NCBI GenBank assembly: GCA_963752255.1
Contig: CAVVXT010000010.1
Coordinates: 64,001 to 128,000 of the forward strand
DNA length: 64,000 bases
Source of the DNA: Nitrososphaeria archaeon
Lineage (GTDB): Archaea > Thermoproteota > Nitrososphaeria > JACIWG01
Direction: 5' to 3'
Shown here: positions 39,565 through 49,402 of the stretch, piece by piece
How the letters are laid out: every line of letters begins with the position of its first letter
Numbering within the stretch: the stretch's first letter is position 1
The notes under the pieces: model-generated
Told to the model about the DNA's origin: nothing
Database searches by the model: none
What the model saw: the letters and a program-made list of their open reading frames with translations, nothing else
Position numbers and translations under genes: made by a program

Positions 39565-40218
39565 TCACCTAAAAATTTCGAAAACAAACCTTTGAGAATT
39601 TTCTGTTGTCTTATCATCCTCCAACCTTTTTACTGAAACCCTCTTACCTGAAATCTCTTCTAATCCGCCACAAAATATCCCTCTCAATACGTTTTCAGTC
39701 ATCTGATTCTTGAACAGAGTCTTCGAAATCGTAACGTTGCCAACACCTTTCTCGTAGTCAATCTGATTAAATACTATTTCTCCCCATCCTCTTGACTGAA
39801 AGACCTGCCCAAAGTTAAGAATTAATTCGTTCAAAGATTTAATGGAAACGACTAGATGCCTTACATAACATCTACCAATCGACTGACCTATGTTAAAAAG
39901 GATCACTGAGCCGGCAACACCAAAGATGTCTTTTATTGAGTACGCTATACTATCCCATTCTGTCGCATTTGTTTCTATAATATCCTCCGCAGCTATTTTT
40001 GGAGCGACTTTAACTAGACCGTTTTTAACTAGCTCTTTGTTAACGTCAACCCTATAACCCTTTATTATACCAATTTCCTCCATCCTCTTTATTCGTCTAG
40101 CTATCGTCCTGTCCGAAAGGCCGACTTTGTCGGCAATAGCTTTACAAGGTGCCCGGGTATTCTCTTGAAGTGCTTCAATGATCTTCACATCTAAGGTATC
40201 GACATTTAGCGCGCTCAT
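39565..40218 (-). CDS. Lrp/AsnC-type HTH fused to a V4R domain
   Basis: LDVKIIEALQENTR...IARRIKRMEEIGIIKGY; ILFNIGQSIG, RGWG, RGIFCG. Confidence 0.75.
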   Translation of the reverse strand: MSALNVDTLDVKIIEALQENTRAPCKAIADKVGLSDRTIARRIKRMEEIGIIKGYRVDVNKELVKNGLVKVAPKIAAEDIIETNATEWDSIAYSIKDIFGVAGSVILFNIGQSIGRCYVRHLVVSIKSLNELILNFGQVFQSRGWGEIVFNQIDYEKGVGNVTISKTLFKNQMTENVLRGIFCGGLEEISGKRVSVKRLEDDKTTENSQRFVFEIFR

Positions 40219-40738
40219 TGATTCTCTGAAAAATAACTTATCTATAAACGATATAAAAGTCTTTCTTCGAATGTGTATATGCCAACATTTGACTTATCTG
40301 AGTTCTGTTAATTTTTCTTGTATAATTTGAAAAATATTTTATTGTATTTAGCCATATAAGGTGCTAAATAGCATAAGTTCTAAAAACGACTCTAAATGAG
40401 AAAAAATAACAAATTTAAATATTATGCAAAAATTGGACATCTTTATACCTAAATTGTTACTAGAACCAACCTTGGAATAAAGCGACAATAGGTCTATTTT
40501 CTCAACTTTTATTTATTGGCTTAGACGATTTAATGGCTACTGAATATATGCTAGAATAATGATGGCAATTGGAATTTTTTTCTATAAAACTAGAAATGCA
40601 ATCTCACTTAAGATTAGGGACTTTGTTATAACGATTATAACTTTTCTTTTAGTTTTTTTATTCCATATTTCGCCAAAGAGAAAATTTAAAAGATAAAGTA
40701 AAAAATTATATTTAGTATATTATCGTAGGTACATATAC

Positions 40739-41491
40739 TTGAATCTGGACAAAGTCGTATTAGGCTGTGAAGTGAATATTCCAAAATATTGGCAAGATTC
40801 GTATCTAAACAAAAATAAAACCAGGATTCTGAGGGTTGTGTTCGAAGATAAGAAGAATGCTTATCTAATTACAGAGGAAACAATCTTTCATCCAAAATAC
40901 GGTGGCCAGCCTTCTGATAAAGGAAGGGTCTATAACGAAAAATTTGTTATAAATATTAACAAAGCTATGAAGTATAAGGGTATCGTCATCTTATATGGCA
41001 AAGTTGAGGTGGGTGAACCACAAGAAGGTGAAGTTACTGAGGAGATAGACTGGTCTACACGTTATCTTATGATGAGACGCCATACGTCTTCCCATCTATT
41101 TGATCATGCCCTAGGAGTGGTGATGGGGTCAAAGATAGAAACAATAGATTCTTGGCTTGGAGATTCATGGTACATCTCTTTCAAAGGCTCCTCGCCAGGT
41201 GAAGAATTGCTCAAGAATGCAGTTGAATTAGAAAACAAAATCATAGCGGAGGGCTATTCTGTTACGACAAGACTTGTTGATAGAAGTAAAATGTTAGAGG
41301 AGGCAAAAGACTCACCTAACTTGGCCCGTCTTCCTGAACTCGATTTCTACCGAATTGTCAAGATTAATGGCTTTGAAGACATAGCGTGCAGTGGTACTCA
41401 TTTAAGAAATATTGTAGAGATAGGTAACATCGCATATGTTAGGTCAGAAACTGTGCCAGAAGGTTTTAAAGTTTACCTTAATCTTTTGTGA
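40739..41491 (+). CDS. second AlaX-like alanyl-tRNA editing protein
   Basis: TIFHPKYGGQPSDKG, HTSSH, ACSGTH. Confidence 0.85.
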   Translation: MNLDKVVLGCEVNIPKYWQDSYLNKNKTRILRVVFEDKKNAYLITEETIFHPKYGGQPSDKGRVYNEKFVININKAMKYKGIVILYGKVEVGEPQEGEVTEEIDWSTRYLMMRRHTSSHLFDHALGVVMGSKIETIDSWLGDSWYISFKGSSPGEELLKNAVELENKIIAEGYSVTTRLVDRSKMLEEAKDSPNLARLPELDFYRIVKINGFEDIACSGTHLRNIVEIGNIAYVRSETVPEGFKVYLNLL

Positions 41492-41970
41492 TTTGCTCCC
41501 TTTGATATCTTCCCCAATATCCTACATTAGCCTTCTTCTCGCTTTTAATTAAGATAAACTGGACTATTCTTCGCACCTTTTTCTATGGATATGAAATTAT
41601 CAACTTTCAGCAAGATTCTTGAAAAACCTGTGTATCCAGAATCCCATATCGCGGCTCCTATGTGCGCACCCATCCTTACCAGAGAAGATCTTGGAAGACA
41701 GAAGCCGACTGCATCTAAGGGGACATATATTTTTTCTTTAACCTGGAATACGTATACACCTTTATCTAGTGAAAAGAGATTCTCTTTATCCGGGTTAACC
41801 TCAACATATTCAGGTAGGATAATGGAGTTTTTGAAGATTTTACCTGATCCAATGATCTTGAAGAGCTTATCTAGCGTTAAGTCAACGCCATTAGATTGAA
41901 TCTGGTCCGCCTCTGCTCCTAAAATATATTTTGCTGTATCTTCCCCTATCATAGCACTCATTGCGAGCAC
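41478..41970 (-). CDS. dut: archaeal dUTPase (dCTP deaminase/dUTPase family); frameshift at about 41569
   Basis: QSNGVDLT, PRSSLVRMG, WDSGYTG; shifted frame continues ARIVQF...GYWGRYQ*. Confidence 0.8.
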
Positions 41971-42034
41971 AAGATGGATTACACAACAGTATAATAAAAG
42001 GATAGTCTTTAGTAGGATGGTTTGGAGCTATAAT

Positions 42035-42050
42035 GCGATAAATATATATT
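42035..42050 (+). promoter_or_regulatory. BRE/TATA promoter of tRNA-Tyr
   Basis: GCGATAAATATATATT about 30-45 nt upstream of the tRNA 5' end. Confidence 0.5.
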
Positions 42051-42079
42051 GAGCAAAGAAAACTCCTCCACCTATCGAA

Positions 42080-42198
42080 CCCGGGGTAGCTCAGCCTGGC
42101 AGAGCTTCCGGCTGTAGAAGCTTGCCCTGGCAAACCTCATTCAGCCTGTCAGGCGTACAGATACCGGAGCGTCGGGTGCTCAAATCACCCCCCCGGGA
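42080..42198 (+). tRNA. tRNA-Tyr(GTA) with 45-nt intron at 37/38 (42118-42162); CCA not encoded
   Basis: Acceptor CCCGGGG/CCCCGGG (C1-G72, A73), D-stem GCTC/GAGC, anticodon stem TCCGG/CCGGA, BHB helix CTGT/ACAG with 3-nt bulges, T-stem GGGTG/CACCC. Confidence 0.95.
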
Positions 42199-42260
42199 CC
42201 TTTATTATAGAACATTACAAACAATGTGTCAAACTTGATATATCTACAAACCACTAACAT

Positions 42261-43028
42261 TTGGGAAGATCTCGTATGAAGATTTCCGTAGAAAAAATCA
42301 CCTTTCAAAGTGAAGGAAATGCGATAATAGGTCGACTTTATAGACCTGTGAAGCTCGATGTTAAAGCTCCAGGTGTCATTATATGTCATGGTTTTCCAGG
42401 TGACACAAAGAACATAGATCTTGCAGAAGAATTGGCGATGAATGGATATGTAACCATTATCTATTTCTATCAAGGCGCTTGGGGTAGCAGTGGTAAATAT
42501 AGTCTCAAAATGTTAGAGGCAAATGCTCACGATGCAATAGAATATGTACTTTCACTACCCTATGTTGATTGTAGAAGATTAGCTGTTATAGGGCATTCTA
42601 TGGGCGCCGTTCCAGTATCTAAAATTATAGGCATAGATAAAAGAATTAGAACCGCTGTCTTCCTTAGTCCAGCGGTCAACTTTAAGAAATACACTTTGTT
42701 GAGAAGCAAAAGAAAGAGTCTTAACCGCCTTTTATTAAAGGGAAAAGGAAAGCTCTCTGGACTCAACAGAAAAGATCTACAAAAGGATCTCAAATGGGTT
42801 TACAAAAATAGTAACCCTCTGGATGTAATAAAGAAAACTTCTATCCCTATTCTTGTGATAGTAGGATCTAATGACGAAATTACGCCTCCTAGAAGTTGCA
42901 AACTACTTTACTTGAGAGCAAATGAGCCTAAAGAATACAAGGAAATAGAAGGAGCTGACCATTCTTTCTCAAGACATAGATATCCTTTAATCGATTACAC
43001 ACTTATATGGATTAAGAAGTACTTATAA
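42261..43028 (+). CDS. alpha/beta hydrolase
   Basis: CHGFPG, GHSMG nucleophile, GSND, GADH. Confidence 0.88.
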   Translation: MGRSRMKISVEKITFQSEGNAIIGRLYRPVKLDVKAPGVIICHGFPGDTKNIDLAEELAMNGYVTIIYFYQGAWGSSGKYSLKMLEANAHDAIEYVLSLPYVDCRRLAVIGHSMGAVPVSKIIGIDKRIRTAVFLSPAVNFKKYTLLRSKRKSLNRLLLKGKGKLSGLNRKDLQKDLKWVYKNSNPLDVIKKTSIPILVIVGSNDEITPPRSCKLLYLRANEPKEYKEIEGADHSFSRHRYPLIDYTLIWIKKYL

Positions 43029-43185
43029 AATTGATTTTAATAGTTTTAAAAATTATTTAGGGAATCTTTTGTTAAAGACTTGCTGGATGACGTGATCTTT
43101 TAAGATTCAATAAAGGATTACATTAAACGACTTCTTTGCTGGTTTAAATGTTTTCAACCAAATAAAAGATTTAAATGGGGAAATA

Positions 43186-46100
43186 GTGACAAACTGCATA
43201 ATTAGAGGGAAATATTTGGATCCTACAAACCAGATTCAGATGGAACTTGTTGAATTTATGCGATTAACAGATAACGTTTCCAATAAAATTCATGGCGTCC
43301 TAAACGAATGGGAAATTTTTAATATTTTGAAGGAGGAATTTTCTAGATCAAAGAAATATGATATCACAGTACTGTTAACAAATAATGATAGAACCAAGCT
43401 TGACATGGCAGAAACATCTCTGGTTCTTAAGAATCTTAAGAAAATAGAAAAGATTACTGGCTTAAGAATTAATAAATACAATATTGAATTAAATAAATCT
43501 AAAATTTTCAATAGAGTCGTAAACAGTTGTGATACATTTGAGGTAAAGACGAGTGATATAATTAGTGAAATTCTTCCTAGGCCTTTCGCATACCTTGTAA
43601 CTAGGATGACAGGTCTGGTAGGAAAAAATACTGTGGTAACACCAGTTAATCGAGAAGGAAAAATTATAGGAGCTTTAGCTATCTCATCATCTGAGCAAAC
43701 GGAGTATTTAATGCTCCCTATAAAAAACTTAGCTCAGAATATTTCAATCTCGCTTGAACTTATAGATAGACACAACGATCTTCTGAAGACAGAAAAAGCA
43801 CTGGGACAAGAACGTAACAAAGCTCAAAAGTATCTAGAGGCAGCTGGTTTGATCACACTTGTCATCGACGTTAACGGGTTTGTTCAAAGCATTAATCGGA
43901 AAGGAAGCGAATTTTTAGGATATACAATGGAGAAAATTGTTGGCAAAAATTGGATAGATAACTTTCTACCTGAGAAATCTTGGGAACAGGTTAGAGCGAT
44001 ATTCACAAATATTGTTCAAGATCCAACGGAATCGAATTACCATTATGAGAATTCGGTACTAACGCGTAAGGATGGAGAGCGGTTTCTTGCTTGGAATGGC
44101 ATTCGATTGGAAGATTCCGATGGCAAGGTTATTGGGATATTAAATTCAGGGAACGATATCACAGATTACAAGAAAACAGAAGACGAGTTGAGAGCAAGTC
44201 AAAGGACTCTTTCGTCACTAATGAGCAATTTGAGCGGTATGGTGTATCGTCGATCCAACGATAATAATTGGACGATGTCGTTCGTTAGCGACGGATGTTT
44301 TGACCTTACGGGTTACCTTCCATCTGATTTTGTACAAAATAAGATATCGTACAGCCAGCTAGTACATTCCAAGGACAAAAAAAAGGTTCTTGACGTAATT
44401 CAAAAGTCTTTAACTGGATCAAAATCTTTTAAAATAGAATACAGGATTTTCACAGCAAATGGTGAAATGAAATGGGTATGGGAAGAGGGTCACGTTATTC
44501 CCTCGGGAACTGGTTCATATGCTACTCTAGAAGGCTACGTCACCGAAACTACTTCAAGGAAGAAGATAGAAGAGGAGTTAAAGCGATCAGAAGAAAGCTT
44601 CAGGAAGCTGGCAGAAAACGCGTCAGACATTATCTTTCTGTACGACCTAATAAGAGGTTACGATTATATGAGCCCAGCCTGCACTAAAATAACTGGTTAC
44701 ACTCCCGAGGAATTTTATGCAGATAAGAATCTAACTTATAGAACAGTTCATCCTGACGACGTTCACAAATTAGATAAAATGATGGAGGAAGTTAATAAAC
44801 AGATGACCCCCGTTCAATCAGAAATACGCTGGAGGCACAAGAAAGGTAAGATTGTGTGGACCGAACAGATTTATATTCCAATTCAGGATGAGAAAGGTGA
44901 CCTTATTGCTTTTGAGGGTATAGTAAGGGATATTACGGAACGTAAGCAGATAGAGGAGGATAGAAGACGCTTTGAAGACAGACTTTCAGCCCTAAATTTT
45001 TATGGCGTTACATTGAATGCTGCTCGAAACCTGCAGCAGGTTTTCGATCTAACTCTTGACGCTGTTGAGAAAGCACTAGGTTTTGAATATGCAACATTCT
45101 TGATAATGGACCGAGGATACCTCCGATTGGCAAGTCATAGGGGCATCTCTAGAACTCTTGTAAAGGAACTACCTATTGACGGCTCAAAAAGAGGAATTGA
45201 CATTAGAGCATACAACACTCGCAGAGCTATACTCCTAGATGATGTTTGGAAGGATAGAGACTATGTAGAAAATATTCCAGGCATAAGATCAAAGCTTGTC
45301 GTCCCCGTTGAAATTGAAGACAGAGTAATAGGTGTTTTAGGCGTACAAAGCAAGAAGGTTGGCGCATTTGATGAAAGAGATATGAAGTTACTACAGATTT
45401 TAGCTTCTCATGCTGCTGCGGCTATTAGTAGCAAAGAGAAACAAGCTGAAATAGAGAGAAGATCGAATCAACTCTCTTCTCTCCTGAAAAGTTCTGCAGA
45501 GATTATTCATACAACTGATCTCTATCAAAGACTAAGAGTGGCTGCAAATGCAATAAGAGATTTGGGCTGGAGAAGGGTCGTTATAACGTTAAGAGACGAA
45601 AATTTAGAAGTGAAAACTTTAGATGATATAGTGAGTTCCGGTCTTACAGATGAAGAAAGGGACTTTCTTTGGAAGAACACACCTTCACCAAAGGTCTGGC
45701 GTGAGCGTTTTGGCCCCGAATACTATCGTTTCAAGATAGGCCAATTTTATTATCTGCCATGGAGTGAACCATGGGTTAGAGAAAAATTTTCTGATAACAC
45801 TGTTGCCAGTAGATTAATGCGTGAGGAAATGGTTGACTGGGATCCACAAGACCTACTTTATGCTCCACTTACCTTAGCCAACGGACAAATAGTTGGCGTG
45901 TTAAGCATCGACGACCCTGTTGATGGCAGGAGACCGACAAGGGAGTCTTTGGCCCCACTTGAACTTTTCATTCATCCAGCCGCTGTTGCCATAGAAAATG
46001 CTCAGCTAATTCGACAGTTGAATAACGCTACTAGTCAGATTAAGGATTATGCGGATAGACTTGAACAGATGGTGCAGCAGAGAACTCAAGAACTTTTTGA

Positions 46101-46818
46101 AGCACAAAATAAGTTAATCAAGTCAGAAAGGCTGGCGGCGATAGGTGAAATCGCTGCCATGGTAGGACATGACCTGCGCAACCCCCTACAGGTTATAATC
46201 TATACGCTGTACATCTGTAATGAAATTCTCAAGAAGGCTCCCCAGGAAGTGGGAAATGCCTTACAAGAAAATCACATGGAAGATCTTCTTTCGAGAATTG
46301 GAGAGCAGGTGAACTACATGAATAAAATAATCTCAGACCTACAAGATTATTCAAAGCCCCTAAAACCAAACCTTGTCGAGACCAATTTGTTGGATTTAAT
46401 CAACGACACCGTCTCTAATATCGCTGTTGCAGAAAATGTTAAGGTTGCAATTAAGACTCCAGAAAATTTCCCTAGAGTTCCAATAGATTCTTCTATGATG
46501 AAAAGGGTGTTCGTTAATCTTGCTAACAATGCTATGCAGGCGATGTCAGAGGGGGGCCAACTGACCTTTGAGTCTTTAATTTCTGATGGGACATTAACAA
46601 TTAGTGTCCAAGATACTGGAGTCGGCATACCCGCAGAAAACATGGACAAGTTGTTTCAGCCTTTATTTACAACCAAATCCAAGGGACAAGGATTCGGCCT
46701 AGCCGTCTGCAAGCGAATAGTAGAGGCTCACGGTGGAAGCATTTCCGTAGTAAGTGAATCAGGTAAAGGATCAATATTCACAATTAGGATTCCAATTGGA
46801 AAGTTAAAATACTCCTAA
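43186..46818 (+). CDS. cytoplasmic multi-sensor histidine kinase (GAF-like, 3xPAS, 2xGAF, HisKA, HATPase)
   Basis: PAS motifs, H-box HDLRNPL, N-box NLANNA, DTGVG, FQPLFTTK, GFGL; no TM segment seen. Confidence 0.92.
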   Translation: MTNCIIRGKYLDPTNQIQMELVEFMRLTDNVSNKIHGVLNEWEIFNILKEEFSRSKKYDITVLLTNNDRTKLDMAETSLVLKNLKKIEKITGLRINKYNIELNKSKIFNRVVNSCDTFEVKTSDIISEILPRPFAYLVTRMTGLVGKNTVVTPVNREGKIIGALAISSSEQTEYLMLPIKNLAQNISISLELIDRHNDLLKTEKALGQERNKAQKYLEAAGLITLVIDVNGFVQSINRKGSEFLGYTMEKIVGKNWIDNFLPEKSWEQVRAIFTNIVQDPTESNYHYENSVLTRKDGERFLAWNGIRLEDSDGKVIGILNSGNDITDYKKTEDELRASQRTLSSLMSNLSGMVYRRSNDNNWTMSFVSDGCFDLTGYLPSDFVQNKISYSQLVHSKDKKKVLDVIQKSLTGSKSFKIEYRIFTANGEMKWVWEEGHVIPSGTGSYATLEGYVTETTSRKKIEEELKRSEESFRKLAENASDIIFLYDLIRGYDYMSPACTKITGYTPEEFYADKNLTYRTVHPDDVHKLDKMMEEVNKQMTPVQSEIRWRHKKGKIVWTEQIYIPIQDEKGDLIAFEGIVRDITERKQIEEDRRRFEDRLSALNFYGVTLNAARNLQQVFDLTLDAVEKALGFEYATFLIMDRGYLRLASHRGISRTLVKELPIDGSKRGIDIRAYNTRRAILLDDVWKDRDYVENIPGIRSKLVVPVEIEDRVIGVLGVQSKKVGAFDERDMKLLQILASHAAAAISSKEKQAEIERRSNQLSSLLKSSAEIIHTTDLYQRLRVAANAIRDLGWRRVVITLRDENLEVKTLDDIVSSGLTDEERDFLWKNTPSPKVWRERFGPEYYRFKIGQFYYLPWSEPWVREKFSDNTVASRLMREEMVDWDPQDLLYAPLTLANGQIVGVLSIDDPVDGRRPTRESLAPLELFIHPAAVAIENAQLIRQLNNATSQIKDYADRLEQMVQQRTQELFEAQNKLIKSERLAAIGEIAAMVGHDLRNPLQVIIYTLYICNEILKKAPQEVGNALQENHMEDLLSRIGEQVNYMNKIISDLQDYSKPLKPNLVETNLLDLINDTVSNIAVAENVKVAIKTPENFPRVPIDSSMMKRVFVNLANNAMQAMSEGGQLTFESLISDGTLTISVQDTGVGIPAENMDKLFQPLFTTKSKGQGFGLAVCKRIVEAHGGSISVVSESGKGSIFTIRIPIGKLKYS

Positions 46819-46852
46819 AGTGATTAGAATAGTGTTAAAGAGAAGATCAAGA

Positions 46853-47308
46853 ATGGTGGGATTTGAAAATTCAAAAATCCTAATTGTAGATGACGATAGG
46901 GACATTTTACGAAGTTTAAAGGAGATTCTGCAGTCAAAAGGATACGAAATAGACATGGCAGAGACGGGCCAGAGTGCAGTTGAAAAAGCCAAGGCAAAAT
47001 ACTTCAACTTAGCTTTACTAGATATTAAACTACCAGACATCGAGGGCACAGATCTGCTCGCAAAGATTCATAAGGCTAAACCTGAAATGATGAAGATAAT
47101 GATAACAGGTTATCCATCGTTGGATAACGCCGTTAAAGCGCTCAATCTTGGAGCAGACGCGTATATAATGAAGCCGGTTAATCCGGAAAACCTACTCAAA
47201 GTTGTTGAAGAAAAACTGAAGGCGCAGAAGGAAGCAGAAGGTATGACAGAAGAAAAGATTGCGGAATGGATTGAAAATCGCATTCAGAAGCTTGAGCAAA
47301 AGAAGTAA
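46853..47308 (+). CDS. response regulator receiver protein without output domain
   Basis: ILIVDDD, LLDIKLPD, ITG, KP. Confidence 0.92.
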   Translation: MVGFENSKILIVDDDRDILRSLKEILQSKGYEIDMAETGQSAVEKAKAKYFNLALLDIKLPDIEGTDLLAKIHKAKPEMMKIMITGYPSLDNAVKALNLGADAYIMKPVNPENLLKVVEEKLKAQKEAEGMTEEKIAEWIENRIQKLEQKK

Positions 47309-47393
47309 GTGTGAAGAATCAATAACAAATATCGACAAGAAATAAACCACATATATTATTTTTTATGGAATAAAGAAAGATTTAATTGAGTAA

Positions 47394-47816
47394 GTGTTAT
47401 CGTCGAGCTCAATGGCCATTATTTCCTATCCGCATGTAACTTGGCAATGTCAGCGATGTGGAAAATGCTGCAAGGATCATGGAGAAAGAAAAAGGCGGAT
47501 ACTGTTAACAGACCATGATATGGAACGTATAAAAGAAGCTTTTATTGGAGAGAGATTCTGCACAATCATTAAGAATAATGGCCCATACAAGTATCAGATG
47601 ATACTGGAAAATGGTTCATGCATCTTTCTATCTAGGAATAGGTGTACAATCTATAATAGAAGACCTCTAATCTGCAGGTTCTATCCCTTCTCAATGGTAG
47701 AAGATGGAGGTTACATATTCGAGGTAGATGCGGACTGTCCAGGTGTCGGTCTTGGTAAATGTGCCACAAAAAAAGTTTTTACTAAGCTTGTAGAGGAGGC
47801 CAAGGAATTACTGTAA
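47394..47816 (+). CDS. YkgJ family cysteine-cluster protein
   Basis: CQRCGKCC, CIFL...CTIY..RP..CRFYP, CPG. Confidence 0.85.
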   Translation: MLSSSSMAIISYPHVTWQCQRCGKCCKDHGERKRRILLTDHDMERIKEAFIGERFCTIIKNNGPYKYQMILENGSCIFLSRNRCTIYNRRPLICRFYPFSMVEDGGYIFEVDADCPGVGLGKCATKKVFTKLVEEAKELL

Positions 47817-48086
47817 CAGTTTAAGAGGACAGATAAAAAGAAAGGGGCTAAATATCATTGTGGCTTTTATAGTAGTTAGAACTCAGAGAAGAAGAACATC
47901 TATAACTTCTAGCTAAATCAGCTTTCTTCCTGAACAATGTTGCAATATCGTCGTAGGGAAAAACATTTATCAACAGTACCAATTATAAGCATACAGTAAT
48001 ATGGCCAATACCAACGGAGCTGCAGCTACAACACCAAACACTCAGAAGCTAAACTAGAGAATTAAAACAGTATAGGGTTCGTTTGA

Positions 48087-48773
48087 TCAGGAATCCTCAC
48101 TTGCTTGATAGGGTCTTTCATATAACCTATCCTCCACAGCATTTTCCTTTGCAGCCTTTTTCCATGCGGTGTCTCCGAACCAGGTGAACATCAGTGGGGA
48201 TACCAGTGGCCTCTTCATCAGTTTTATTGCCTCATCAGGTAATGGTTTATCTTCGTAAATTGCGTTTGCGACAATTTCCAAAGCTTTTCTAACACTACCA
48301 CCTATTCTTCCTAGGTCTTCAAGGTTTATTCCTCCAATCGCCCCACCACCTCCTAAAGCAAGACCTCCGATCCATTCAATTTTTGTTTCAGAAGCAAACT
48401 TCCTACAGATAGCATGAGCAGTCTCGCTCTGGCTTGCTTCTGGAAAACCGCTATTTGATAACGAAAGTATCTTCTGTTTTTTGGGCTCTTTTTGCAGCGA
48501 ACGGTGTTTAAAAATCAGTTCTAACAGAGCAATGACTTGAGATGGAAGGTTGTCCACGTACAACGGAAACGTAAGTATCAAAAGATCAGCATCATCAATA
48601 GATTGAAGTATGTGAACGGCATCTTTATCGGTTTTCATGGCATCATAAATGTAGATCTTATCGCTTACAAAACCTTGTTTCTCTAATTTTTTTATGAGAT
48701 AGTCCCCTAAGGCATTTGATGTGCTAGCGTAACTTTTTGGGCTTCCTATAAGAACTATTACATGTTTAGACAT
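48087..48773 (-). CDS. flavodoxin-like NAD(P)H-dependent oxidoreductase
   Basis: IGSPK, FPLYVDNLP, NSGFPE. Confidence 0.8.
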   Translation of the reverse strand: MSKHVIVLIGSPKSYASTSNALGDYLIKKLEKQGFVSDKIYIYDAMKTDKDAVHILQSIDDADLLILTFPLYVDNLPSQVIALLELIFKHRSLQKEPKKQKILSLSNSGFPEASQSETAHAICRKFASETKIEWIGGLALGGGGAIGGINLEDLGRIGGSVRKALEIVANAIYEDKPLPDEAIKLMKRPLVSPLMFTWFGDTAWKKAAKENAVEDRLYERPYQASEDS

Positions 48774-49402
48774 TTTTGATCAATAACCTCTGCTATAGCT
48801 TCAGCAACTTTTTTGTATACGTCTTCTGGGGCGTCGTTAGGATAGACGACTCTTGCTGAATATTTTTCGCTGTAGAAGTTTATGGAATTGCGCTCGATCA
48901 ACTTTTTGAATATCGTTTCACTTTCTTGGTCAGGACTTGGAAGGAAACCTATTCCAACCATTTTCGGATATTTCTCATATCGCGCACTATGGTGTATTTC
49001 GCCTCCAATTTTCGTATAAAAGGGTAGGATGTTTGGTAGCATACGTTCAAGAGCTTTCTTCAACCATGGCGAATATCCTCCAAAAACGACAGGAGAAAGC
49101 AGGATAACTAGGTCACTTTGAACATTTTCCTTTGCAATAGAGCGTCCTATATCATCTATTACGCACACACCCGGCGTCTTTTTCCAACAATCAAAACAGC
49201 CAAAGCAACTTGATATATTTTGATCTCGAAGAATTAATGCTTTGATTTGGTAATTTCTTTCCTTTAGAATATCCTGGATCTTGTCCATTATGCAAGCTGA
49301 TATAAAATCCCCTTTTCTGGACCCATCCAGGATTAAAGCCTTCATATAATCATCATTCGATAGCACTGGTTCAACTTTTACATGACTAGATAAACTTTTC
49401 AC
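48758..49402 (-). CDS. iron-sulfur flavoprotein / flavodoxin family protein
   Basis: LDGS, CFGCFDCW..TPG.C..DD, SPVVFGGYS. Confidence 0.82.
   Translation of the reverse strand: MKSLSSHVKVEPVLSNDDYMKALILDGSRKGDFISACIMDKIQDILKERNYQIKALILRDQNISSCFGCFDCWKKTPGVCVIDDIGRSIAKENVQSDLVILLSPVVFGGYSPWLKKALERMLPNILPFYTKIGGEIHHSARYEKYPKMVGIGFLPSPDQESETIFKKLIERNSINFYSEKYSARVVYPNDAPEDVYKKVAEAIAEVIDQKCLNM

Noticed and set aside
41891-42133. 80-aa minus-strand ORF
   Set aside because: Overlaps the tRNA-Tyr gene and the dut start; spurious
47850-48060. Hydrophobic minus-strand fragments (VFGVVAAAPLVLAILL..., LINVFPYDDIATLFRKK)
   Set aside because: Probably a membrane-gene remnant but too broken to assign a family
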